Source: Thermoplasmata archaeon
GTDB lineage: Archaea; Thermoplasmatota; SW-10-69-26; JACQPN01; JAJPHT01
Length of the DNA stretch: 10,890 nucleotides
NCBI GenBank assembly: GCA_034667685.1
Contig: JAXDQU010000026.1
Span: 1 to 10,890, forward strand
Direction: 5' to 3'
The notes under the pieces were generated by a model that worked only from the letters and a program-made list of their open reading frames with translations, was not told the DNA's origin and searched no databases. A program made the translations under genes and the position numbers. Below, piece by piece: positions 1 to 7,083 of this stretch. Position 1 is the first letter of the stretch. Each line of letters begins with the position of its first letter.

Positions 1-83
1 CCGTCTTCCCTCGCTTCCCGTCTTCCCTCGCTTCCCGTCTTCCCTCGCTTCCCGTCTTCCCTCGCTTCCCCTCTTCCCTTCGT
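1..83. repeat. Tandem 17-bp repeat (CCGTCTTCCCTCGCTTC) x4 plus one degenerate copy; probably the pyrimidine-rich arm of a truncated hairpin element
   Basis: Exact copies at 1-17, 18-34, 35-51 and 52-68, then degenerate CCCTCTTCCCTTCGT (69-83). No spacers. The reverse complement recurs at 10825-10847. Confidence 0.95.
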
Positions 84-171
84 TTCCCCTCGTCCGTTCG
101 TCGGCTGATCCGCGGATCGTCCGAGCCGCCAGGCGACAACCTCATTCGGCGGGATTCCACCGGTGGCCGCA

Positions 172-939
172 ATGCGCCGCCACCTCGTGTTTTTCCTCGC
201 GCTGGGCGTGCTCCTGGCGGGCTGCGCCAGCCGCACCGGCGAGAACACGGTGTCCGCCAGCCCGCCCGCCTCGACGACGCCCGCGACGCCCACGGGCAAC
301 GCCTCCGACGCCGCGTTCGTGCTCGCGGGTCCCACGCTGCGCTTCGCGGCCAACGGCACCGAGACGACGACGTTCCACGAGGACGACGACGCCCGGGCGC
401 ACTACGAGCTCTCGTTGACGCCGGGCGCCACGCGCGACGCGACCGCGCTGGCCGCGCTCGTCGTCGAAGGCAAGGTCGTCGACGTGCAGACCGTGCACCT
501 CCAGCCGGGCGAGACGCGCAAGTTCGACGAGCCGCTCTCGCTGGGCAACCTCGGCACGGTCCACGTCCAGGTGAAGGTCGGCGCCGCCGTGGGCAGCGTC
601 AACGCCACCATCGTGAAGTGGCCGCGCGCGAACGAGCAGCTCGCCCTCGGCGGCGGCACCGCGACCCTCACCGCGTGGTCCAACGACAGCGCGGGGCTCC
701 ACGCGACGCTCTACGTCTGGACGCCCGCGGACGGAAGCGTGGGCCAGGTCGAGGTCGCGCTGCTCTGCCCCGACGCCCACGGCAAGCTCCAGGCGTTGGG
801 CGCGCAGCCCGCGACGCTGGAGCCCGGCGCCGCGTCCGCCAGCAGCCTCGACTTCCCCGCCTGCGCCGCGCCCCACGGCCTCGCCTTCCACGAGACCGAG
901 ACGTCCGGGATCCACGAGGGCCGGATCCTCTTCGGCTGA
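172..939 (+). CDS. Secreted lipoprotein with beta-rich (CARDB/Ig-like) domains, function unknown
   Basis: MRRHLVFFLALGVLLAGC is a signal peptide ending in a LAGC lipobox, followed by a Ser/Thr/Pro linker. Four N-x-S/T sequons (NAS, NGT, NAT, NDS). ATG 172 preferred over GTG 163. Confidence 0.8.
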   Translation: MRRHLVFFLALGVLLAGCASRTGENTVSASPPASTTPATPTGNASDAAFVLAGPTLRFAANGTETTTFHEDDDARAHYELSLTPGATRDATALAALVVEGKVVDVQTVHLQPGETRKFDEPLSLGNLGTVHVQVKVGAAVGSVNATIVKWPRANEQLALGGGTATLTAWSNDSAGLHATLYVWTPADGSVGQVEVALLCPDAHGKLQALGAQPATLEPGAASASSLDFPACAAPHGLAFHETETSGIHEGRILFG

Positions 940-1054
940 CCCGCCTTGGGATATCAAGGAGCGGCCAAGGTCCCCTGAGCCCTTCGGGGGATCCGTTTCC
1001 CTGCGTATCCACAACCGTCTTCACGACCCGCCTACAGAGGGTTGGCCTGAGCCC

Positions 1055-1960
1055 ATGAGGAGCACCCACCTGGCGTGGGTCGCGCTCGCCGCGATCCTTG
1101 CCCTCCCAGCCGCCTTCGCCCTGGAGGTCCATGCGACCATCCAGCCGCCCCAGGCGCCGCAGGTCCCGAGCGTGCAGGCCCCGGGCCTCGCGCAACCGCC
1201 CCTCGCCCCCCCGAGCCTCCCGCGGGCTCCCCCCGTCTCCCCGAGCCTGCCCGCGATCCCCCGCGAGCTTCCCGTGCAGGCGCCCGCCGTGCAGGCCCCC
1301 GACCTCACGCGCGCCGACGTGCCCGTCCACGCGGACGTCGCGCTGACGCCCCAGGCGCGCGCCGCCGCGCTGGCCCACGAGGCCGCGCCGATCGCCAAGC
1401 GCGTCGCCCCGCCCGCCGTCGCGGCCGCGGGCCTCCTGGCGCTGCTCCAGGCGCTGGGCGCGTGGCGGCTCCTTGCTACCGGCGGCGTCGCGCTCTACTC
1501 GCGCCTCACGCGCAGCAACCTGCTCGACAACGAGCACCGCGACCAGGTCTACAAGCTCATCCAGGCCGAGCCGGGCCTCAACGTCAGCGAGATCGCCAAG
1601 CGCGCGCAGCTTGGCTGGGGCACCACCGTCTACCACCTCGACCGGCTGGAGCGCGAAGGCTTCGTCGCCGCGGAGCGCGGCGGCCTCTCCAAGTGCTACT
1701 TCGCCGTGGGCCTCCTCGACCGCGAGGCGCGCCGCGCCACCGCCGCCCTGCGCGAGGGCCCGCGCCGCGAGGTGGCCGCGGTCCTGCTCGCGCAGCCGGG
1801 CATCACGCAGGCCGAGCTCGCCCAGCAGCTTGGCATGAGCGCGTCGGCCGCCTCCAAGCAGGTCACGAAGCTCGAGACCGCGGGCCTCGTGCGCCGCGAG
1901 CGCGAATGGAAGACGGTCCGGCTCTTCCCCGGGCCCGGCCTCGCGGCGACCTCCGGATAA
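1055..1960 (+). CDS. Membrane-tethered transcriptional regulator: signal peptide, Pro-rich stalk, TM segment, two winged-HTH domains (COG3398/ArsR-MarR-like)
   Basis: First wHTH: LYSRL...LLDNEHRDQVYKLIQAEPGLNVSEIAKRAQLGWGTTVYHLDRLEREGFV. Second wHTH: QPGITQAELAQQLGMSASAASKQVTKLETAGLV. Hydrophobic N-terminus and a hydrophobic segment just before the first HTH. Confidence 0.85.
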   Translation: MRSTHLAWVALAAILALPAAFALEVHATIQPPQAPQVPSVQAPGLAQPPLAPPSLPRAPPVSPSLPAIPRELPVQAPAVQAPDLTRADVPVHADVALTPQARAAALAHEAAPIAKRVAPPAVAAAGLLALLQALGAWRLLATGGVALYSRLTRSNLLDNEHRDQVYKLIQAEPGLNVSEIAKRAQLGWGTTVYHLDRLEREGFVAAERGGLSKCYFAVGLLDREARRATAALREGPRREVAAVLLAQPGITQAELAQQLGMSASAASKQVTKLETAGLVRREREWKTVRLFPGPGLAATSG

Positions 1961-1974
1961 GGGTGATATCACCC
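1961..1974. promoter_or_regulatory. Perfect 14-bp palindrome GGGTGATATCACCC, candidate operator
   Basis: Perfect palindrome starting right after the regulator stop codon, 19-32 bp upstream of ATG 1993, where a TATA box of a leaderless gene would sit. Confidence 0.45.
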
Positions 1975-1992
1975 AACGCGCACGCTGGGGCG

Positions 1993-2544
1993 ATGTTCGC
2001 CCGTTACGAGCTCGCGCGCGCCCTCCGCCTGAACGCCAAGCTTGCCGAACGCCCCGCCCGGCTGCGCGAGCTGGACGACGCCGTCGCGCAATGGGAGAAG
2101 CTCCGCGCCGGGCGCCCCGAGGACTGGTGGACGATCCTGGGCCTCGCGGAGGCGCTCATGCGCCGCGGGAACCGGACCGGCCACGCGCCCGACCTCCGCC
2201 GCGCCCGCGAAGCGTTCCAGGACGCGCAGGCCCGCGACGATCGGCCCCTCGCGCGCGTCGGCGCGGCGCTCTGCGACTGCGCGCTGGGCTGGATCGACCG
2301 GGATCCCGCCACGCTGCGGCGCGGCATGGAGGCGCTGGCCCAGACGCGCCGCGCCACCGACGCCTCGCTGGGCACCGTCGCGCACACGCTCGTCGCCGAA
2401 TGGCAGGCCGCCGCGCGCCTGGCGCACCTCACGCGCGACCCGCGCGACGCCCGCCACGCGGACGACCTCGCGCAGAAGGCCGAAGGGATGCTCGGCGAGA
2501 CGTTCGGGCGGCTGCGCGACGACGCGAGGTTCCTGCACCTGTAA
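1993..2544 (+). CDS. Alpha-helical TPR-like hypothetical protein (183 aa)
   Basis: 3' part of track ORF 1075..2544 from MFARYELARAL. TPR-like helix pairs (DAVAQWEKLRAGRPEDWWTILGLAEAL; AREAFQDAQARD). Fills the gap between the regulator and the tRNA. Confidence 0.65.
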   Translation: MFARYELARALRLNAKLAERPARLRELDDAVAQWEKLRAGRPEDWWTILGLAEALMRRGNRTGHAPDLRRAREAFQDAQARDDRPLARVGAALCDCALGWIDRDPATLRRGMEALAQTRRATDASLGTVAHTLVAEWQAAARLAHLTRDPRDARHADDLAQKAEGMLGETFGRLRDDARFLHL

Positions 2545-2553
2545 CGAACATCG

Positions 2554-2571
2554 CGTTCGCTCGCGCGAACG
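2554..2571. terminator. Short hairpin between the convergent TPR-like gene and tRNA-Pro
   Basis: CGTTCGC-TCGC-GCGAACG, a 7-bp perfect stem, just after TTT downstream of the tRNA 3' end. Confidence 0.35.
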
Positions 2572-2574
2572 AAA

Positions 2575-2647
2575 TGGGCCCGCGCGGATTTGAACCGCGG
2601 TCACAAGCTCCCAAAGCTCGCAGGATACCAAACTACCCCACGGGCCC
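2575..2647 (-). tRNA. trnP: tRNA-Pro (anticodon TGG), archaeal type, no intron, CCA not encoded
   Basis: Reverse complement GGGCCCG TG GGGTAGTTTGGTATCCT G CGAGC TTTGGGA GCTTG TGAC CGCGG TTCAAAT CCGCG CGGGCCC A folds into a full cloverleaf with G1-C72 and A73. Confidence 0.97.
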
Positions 2648-2798
2648 CCGTGGTTGCGCCGCGCATGTTGACCATGCGATGATAGTCTTTTCCGCCGGCG
2701 CTTTTCGCGAGGCCGCGAAGCGGCCGAGCGGGATGATGGTCTTCCGCCGGGCTGCCCGGCGCGGGGATCGGCGAGCGCGCCGCACGCGCTTGAAAAAG

Positions 2799-2871
2799 CG
2801 CCCCGGGCGGGATTCGAACCCGCGTCAGAGCCTCGACAGGGCTCTATGATAGGCCGCTACACTACCGGGGC
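2799..2871 (-). tRNA. trnD: tRNA-Asp (anticodon GTC), no intron, CCA not encoded
   Basis: Reverse complement GCCCCGG TA GTGTAGCGGCCTATCAT A GAGCC CTGTCGA GGCTC TGAC GCGGG TTCGAAT CCCGC CCGGGGC G. Followed by a CTTTTT oligo-T tract (archaeal terminator-like). Confidence 0.97.
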
Positions 2872-2933
2872 AGACTCCGAAGGAATCCGCGGGCGCAACA
2901 GCGCCCTTGGGGCAACCCTCGAAGGAGGATGCC

Positions 2934-2942
2934 CTATTTAAC
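2934..2942 (-). promoter_or_regulatory. Candidate TATA box for tRNA-Asp
   Basis: Minus-strand TTAAATAG, the clearest AT-rich patch upstream of the tRNA, about 65 bp before the mature 5' end. Confidence 0.45.
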
Positions 2943-3127
2943 GATTGGGCGGGCGTGTCGTGCGCTCCGAATCGCCGCGCCGTGGTCGTCGGCTCCCGAG
3001 GCGCGAACGCTGCGCGCCACGCTCCCGCGCGCGCCGGAGACCTCCCTCGACCTCGCGCGGCATCCGCTCGAAAACATCCCGACCGCGCCAGAAAATGCCA
3101 CAGGGTTCAAGTAGTCGCGCCAGCACG

Positions 3128-3616
3128 ATGAGAGACTGGATGCACGCCTTCGATGGCGTCGGCAGCACGAAGAAGATGCTCGCGCGAGAGCTCCTGCTCG
3201 CGTTCGGCACGCTAAGGTGCCCGGTCTGCGGCGACGAGAAGCCGGTGGAGAAGCTCACCAAGCACCACATCCACCCGCGCTCGCTGGGCGGCCCGACGGA
3301 CCTGCGCAACCTCGTGCTGATCTGCCGCGCGTGCCACGACGACGTGCACCACTTCCCGAGCGCGTTCTGGGCGCGCGCCGCGCTCGAGGCGTTCCTCAAC
3401 TGCCGCGGCGTGGACCACCCGTTCCCGCCGCCGCCCGAGCCCGAGAGCGCCGAGGACACGCTGCGGATCTTCTTCGTGCGCGCCAGCGCCCGCGTCGAGC
3501 GCGACCAGAAGACGGCCGAGCGCAAGCGCAACCCGCCGTTCAACCCCATGTGGCCCGTGGCGCGCCACTTCGGCACGCTGCGCGAGAAGGCGCTCCACCT
3601 GCCCGCCGAGGCGTGA
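3128..3616 (+). CDS. HNH endonuclease (McrA-like, Zn-binding) with a C-terminal extension
   Basis: CPVC...LTKHHIHPRSLGGPTDLRNLVLICRACHDDVH is the canonical CxxC/HH/GG/NL/CxxCH signature. Start is ATG 3128 or ATG 3140; TATA-like TTCAAGTA at 3106-3113 favours 3140. Confidence 0.9.
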   Translation: MRDWMHAFDGVGSTKKMLARELLLAFGTLRCPVCGDEKPVEKLTKHHIHPRSLGGPTDLRNLVLICRACHDDVHHFPSAFWARAALEAFLNCRGVDHPFPPPPEPESAEDTLRIFFVRASARVERDQKTAERKRNPPFNPMWPVARHFGTLREKALHLPAEA

Positions 3617-4606
3617 TCACCATCCGCGGTGCGTCTCGACCACGCCGCCCGCGCTCGTGATATCAAACGACTCCAGCCCCCACTCGGTGTACGGATCGGC
3701 GGGCGTCCAGCCCGCGGGGCGCGTCGCGTCGTAGCGCTGCGCGACGTCGTAGAAGTCGACGTGCCAGCCGCCCGCGATCAGGTGCGCGCGCGTGACGAGC
3801 GGGCCGTAGTGCCCCAGGTGGAAGCCCTTGTACGCATCGCTCGCCTCGGCCTGCGCGATGGCGCCCAGCGCGTCGGGCGGCGCGTCGTCGGGGAAGACCT
3901 GCGCGTCGCGCGGCCCGCCCTCGCGCGTCCAGAGGAACGCCTCCCAGGTCCCGTTGGGCAGGCGTTGCGCGATCGTCCACTCGGCGGCGCTCGGGCGCGG
4001 GAAGACGAGCTGGCCCTCCGCGGCGGCGGGGCGCTCGAGGGCGCGCTGGACGCCGATCCCCGCGAGCACGAGGACGATCACGGCGGCGCAGGCGAGCGTG
4101 CCGCGGTACGAGAGCTTGCCCCAGGCGTGCAGCGCGAGGACGAGCGCGGAGACGGGCAGCATCCAGTCGATGAGCCAGTGGTACAATTCGAGCGACTGGC
4201 GCGCGTCGGAGAGCGGAAAGAGAGCCGGGACGCCCGCGAACGTGACGGAGTCGAGCGCGAGGTGCGTCCAGCTTCCGAGCACGAGGACGGGGACGAACGT
4301 CCAGCGCCACGCGAAGAGCCCGAAGACGCGCGGCCACGCGCGCGCCGCGAGCGCGAGGAGCGCCACGAGCAGCAGCGCGAAGACCGGCGCGCCCGCGAGC
4401 GAGTGCGAGAGCCCGCGGTGCTGGAGGAACCAGAGCGCGGCGTCCCGCCGCACCAGCGGCCGCAGCAGCCCGTCGAGGTCGGGCGCGAAGCCCGCGGCGC
4501 CGAAGACCGCGGCGTACGCGGCGCGCGTCGGATCGTCGCGGCGCCACAGGCCCAACGCGAGCAGGGCGAAGGCGTACGGCACGAGCGCGTGCGTGGCGAC
4601 GTCCAC
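3617..4606 (-). CDS. Membrane-bound metal-dependent hydrolase (YdjM/DUF457-like) with a C-terminal soluble domain
   Basis: Motifs MDxxTH, APDLD, HRGLSHS and THLALD with multiple TM segments. GTG start. Its stop abuts the convergent HNH stop. Confidence 0.88.
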   Translation of the reverse strand: MDVATHALVPYAFALLALGLWRRDDPTRAAYAAVFGAAGFAPDLDGLLRPLVRRDAALWFLQHRGLSHSLAGAPVFALLLVALLALAARAWPRVFGLFAWRWTFVPVLVLGSWTHLALDSVTFAGVPALFPLSDARQSLELYHWLIDWMLPVSALVLALHAWGKLSYRGTLACAAVIVLVLAGIGVQRALERPAAAEGQLVFPRPSAAEWTIAQRLPNGTWEAFLWTREGGPRDAQVFPDDAPPDALGAIAQAEASDAYKGFHLGHYGPLVTRAHLIAGGWHVDFYDVAQRYDATRPAGWTPADPYTEWGLESFDITSAGGVVETHRGW

Positions 4607-4610
4607 GCCT

Positions 4611-4650
4611 CCCCAGCCCCAGCCTCAGCCTTAGCCTTGGCCCCAGCCCC
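4611..4650. repeat. Hexamer tandem repeat (YRGCCY x6) with four C4/G4 tracts in the hydrolase leader
   Basis: CAGCCC CAGCCT CAGCCT TAGCCT TGGCCC CAGCCC at 4614-4649. Confidence 0.8.
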
Positions 4651-4652
4651 GC

Positions 4653-4732
4653 TCAACACGAAGGCACGAAGGCAAAAAGCCACGAAGAGCCTGGAAGCTT
4701 CGTGCCTTCGTGGCTTCGTGCCTTCGTGTTGA
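4653..4732. repeat. Intergenic hairpin element built from 8-nt CACGAAGG units
   Basis: Perfect 19-bp inverted repeat TCAACACGAAGGCACGAAG (4653-4671) / CTTCGTGCCTTCGTGTTGA (4714-4732), with four 8-nt units per arm. Confidence 0.92.
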
Positions 4733-4750
4733 CGTCGGGCGAAGAGGCGC

Positions 4751-4963
4751 CTAGCCCTGCGGCGCGGTGCGCCCCCACGCGATGCGGTCCCAGAGCTGCT
4801 CGTGCACGACGTAGAGCACCACGCGGATCAGGTTGAACGTCACGGTGATCCCGAGCGTCTCGGTCCACGAGCCGGTGAAGACGTAGGAGAGCGCGCCCAG
4901 GATCACGAAGCCCAGCACGCGCCAGACTAGGCTCTTGATCACGGAGCGGCGCAGCGTCTCCAT
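4751..4963 (-). CDS. DUF2061-family small membrane protein (70 aa)
   Basis: Family pattern METLRRSVIKSLVWR...YVVHEQLWDRIAWG with two TM helices. TATA-like GTTATG (minus strand, 4992-4987) about 25 bp upstream suggests a leaderless transcript. Confidence 0.88.
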   Translation of the reverse strand: METLRRSVIKSLVWRVLGFVILGALSYVFTGSWTETLGITVTFNLIRVVLYVVHEQLWDRIAWGRTAPQG

Positions 4964-5015
4964 GACATGGCTTCGTCTTGCGGCGGCATAACCTCGTGGT
5001 GTTTGCCGGTCCTTT

Positions 5016-5103
5016 TCCTCCAGCCACAGAGGACACAGAGGGCACGGAGGACGGAGGACAACAACGGCCTCTGTGTCCCTCTGTGTCCTCCGTGGCTGGA
5101 GGA
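5016..5103. repeat. Intergenic hairpin element built from 9-nt CACAGAGGA-type units, directly after the operon's last stop codon
   Basis: 27-bp arms 5016-5042 / 5077-5103 with one mismatch (a G-U pair on the minus-strand RNA), extendable inward. Lies 7 bp beyond the stop at 5111. Confidence 0.92.
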
Positions 5104-5110
5104 GGCGGCG

Positions 5111-6211
5111 TCAATGACGCGACACGAGGTAGATGAGCACGAGGTCCATGATGAACAGGACCACGACGATGCTCTCCAACGCCATGCCGCGGCGGTGCTC
5201 GACCTCGTGCGAGGCGAGCGTGTACAATTCGTTCAACGTCTGCATCTTCTCGCGCACGATGGACTCCCACTCGCTGAGGTGGAAGCGCTCGGTGAGGCCG
5301 ACGTGGAGCTTGGCGAGGTAGTAGTCGCCGAAGATCTTGCCGATGTTGTTGATGCTGTCCGTGACGCGGACGAAGTCGATGCGCGCCTCGGAGAGCTCTT
5401 CCTGGATGTTGCGCGCGCTGCGGAAGAGGCCGCCGCGGCCGTAGAAGCGCGTGAGGTCGTCGTAGGCGCGCTCCAGGACGAGGTCGAGGTAGCGGTCGTA
5501 GGCGCGCAGCTCCAGCAATTCGAGGTTCGCGCTCTCCATGACGCTGAGCACGTCGTCGTACTTGCCGCTGGGCTCGATGACGAGGGCGCGCTCCCAGTCG
5601 GCGACGACGAGGTCGTCCTGGTAGTAGCTGAACCACGTGCGCAGGTTGTCGGCCACCTCGTCGGCGCTGAGGCGCTCGGGCCTGCGCTCGCCCGCGACGA
5701 GGCCGGCGAGGGCCTGGCGCTCCAGGGTGAACAGCTCGCGCGCGGGGAGGTCGGTCTCCGTGAGGACGATGACCTGGTAGGGCTCGGGCTCGACGGGCGC
5801 GTCGTAGGTCTCAACGAGCGAGGCGCGCATGCGCGGCTCCAGCGTGCCCATGATCTCGCGCGCGATGCCCTCGAAGTTGGCGCCCTCGCGCGGGCGCAGG
5901 TGGCTCGCGTCGTTGACCTCCCGGATCGAGGCGAAGCGGAAGGGGAGGCGCAGCACGACGGCGATGGCGCCGATGGCGTAGACGTGCGCCTCGATCGCGA
6001 CGTCGAACGCGCCGTGCGTCGTCTCCAGCTTGCGCGGCGCGTAACGCAGCGTCAGCGGGCGCACGATCTGCACGTACGAGGGGGCGCTCTTGCCCGGCTC
6101 GATGCGCTCGGCCGTCTCGACGGTGGCGAGCAGGCGCGTGGCGTCGCTCATGCGGATCTCGCCGCCCAGGTCGAAGAGGAAGGTGAAGACGAACTCGCCC
6201 GCGTACGCCAT
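5111..6211 (-). CDS. RMD1/YagE (DUF155)-like protein with a C-terminal TM helix (366 aa)
   Basis: Begins MAYAGEFVFTFLFDLGGEI. Motifs SYYQDDLVVADW, ESANLELLELRAYD, KIFGDYYLAKL...RFHLSEWESIVREK and LESIVVVLFIMD. Strong SD GGAGGTGG at 6225-6218. Confidence 0.75.
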   Translation of the reverse strand: MAYAGEFVFTFLFDLGGEIRMSDATRLLATVETAERIEPGKSAPSYVQIVRPLTLRYAPRKLETTHGAFDVAIEAHVYAIGAIAVVLRLPFRFASIREVNDASHLRPREGANFEGIAREIMGTLEPRMRASLVETYDAPVEPEPYQVIVLTETDLPARELFTLERQALAGLVAGERRPERLSADEVADNLRTWFSYYQDDLVVADWERALVIEPSGKYDDVLSVMESANLELLELRAYDRYLDLVLERAYDDLTRFYGRGGLFRSARNIQEELSEARIDFVRVTDSINNIGKIFGDYYLAKLHVGLTERFHLSEWESIVREKMQTLNELYTLASHEVEHRRGMALESIVVVLFIMDLVLIYLVSRH

Positions 6212-6240
6212 GTGGTCCCACCTCCACGCGCAGCCGTCGG

Positions 6241-7080
6241 TCAGCGCCTGCGCAGCGCGAGCGCCGCGAGGGCGAGGGTCCCCAGCGCGAGCGGGAGCGC
6301 CGGCGCGGGGAGCTTGTGGGTGCCCCCGCCGCTGGCCGTCCCCTGCGTCGGGTCGGTCACGTAGAGGTGGAGGATGGGGATGTCCGCGTAATTGAACCCT
6401 CCCGATTGGCTGGCGAAACGGAGGTGGTACATCCCGGCCGTGGGGAAGGCGTACGAGGCGGTCCAGAGCCCCGTGCCCTGGTGGTCCATCGCCACGACGT
6501 GCGTGTCGTAGAGGATCGTGTGGTCGAGGCTCCAGTGCTCGACGCTCATGTTGAGGTCGTGGAGCTTGTCGACGCGGTGGCTGTCGAGCGGGTCGTCGAC
6601 CTCGATGGCGATCTGCGTCCGCTGGCCGGTCGTCAGGTCCTGGTTGGGGTCGGCCGACGCGATGCGCACGCCCACCTCGGGGTAGACGAGGAACGTCGTG
6701 GACTGCGAGTATTCCGTCCCGTTCTTGGCGCGCAGGGTGAACGTCGCGGAGTAGTTGCCCGCGGGTCCCAGCGCCATGCCCGCGACGAGGTAGCCCGTGG
6801 GGTCGTGGCCGAGGTTCACGCTCTTGTTCCAGCCGCCCGGGCCGACCATCTTCATCGTCCCCGTGAGGTCGGTGACGTAGTTGCCCGTGGCGTTGTCCGT
6901 GATCAGCGCCGAGAACGAGACGCTGTTGTTGCTGTAGAGGTCCTGCGGCTGGAGCTGGATGTAGGCCGCGTAGGGGCCCAGGGGCAGGCTCTGGTTCTGG
7001 CTGAAGGGGCCGATGTGGCCGCTCGCGGGCGGGACGAGGGCGAGGGCGACCAAGAGGGCGAGGGTGGGGACGGCGCGCAT
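6241..7080 (-). CDS. Surface-anchored His/Met-rich protein with two YtkA/FixH-like Ig-fold domains
   Basis: Signal peptide ...PPASG|HIGP. Strand motifs GPAGNYSATFT and FPTAGMYHLRF. His-rich second domain. C-terminal KLPA + hydrophobic helix + RRR. SD GGAGGT at 7091-7086. Confidence 0.75.
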   Translation of the reverse strand: MRAVPTLALLVALALVPPASGHIGPFSQNQSLPLGPYAAYIQLQPQDLYSNNSVSFSALITDNATGNYVTDLTGTMKMVGPGGWNKSVNLGHDPTGYLVAGMALGPAGNYSATFTLRAKNGTEYSQSTTFLVYPEVGVRIASADPNQDLTTGQRTQIAIEVDDPLDSHRVDKLHDLNMSVEHWSLDHTILYDTHVVAMDHQGTGLWTASYAFPTAGMYHLRFASQSGGFNYADIPILHLYVTDPTQGTASGGGTHKLPAPALPLALGTLALAALALRRR

Positions 7081-7083
7081 GCT

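Noticed and set aside
1-83. CRISPR array
   Set aside because: The 17-bp units are directly adjacent with no unique spacers, and no cas genes are present.
101-124. Palindrome GATCCGCGGATC (107-118) with TCGG/CCGA flanks
   Set aside because: Single GC-rich hairpin with no recurrence or assignable function; it could be chance or a terminator of a gene outside the window.
1075-2544. 489-aa ORF or frameshift fusion with the wHTH gene
   Set aside because: The first ~300 aa are an alternative frame of the regulator, which has its own stop at 1960. Only 1993-2544 looks like a protein.
2575-3616. Integrated element or prophage at tRNA-Pro/tRNA-Asp
   Set aside because: No integrase, no duplicated tRNA 3' end (att site) seen, and the HNH gene lies on the 5' side of the tRNAs.
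3658-3665. Third TGATATCA palindrome as an operator
   Set aside because: It lies inside the 3' end of the hydrolase CDS (codons for F-D-I-T), far from any promoter.
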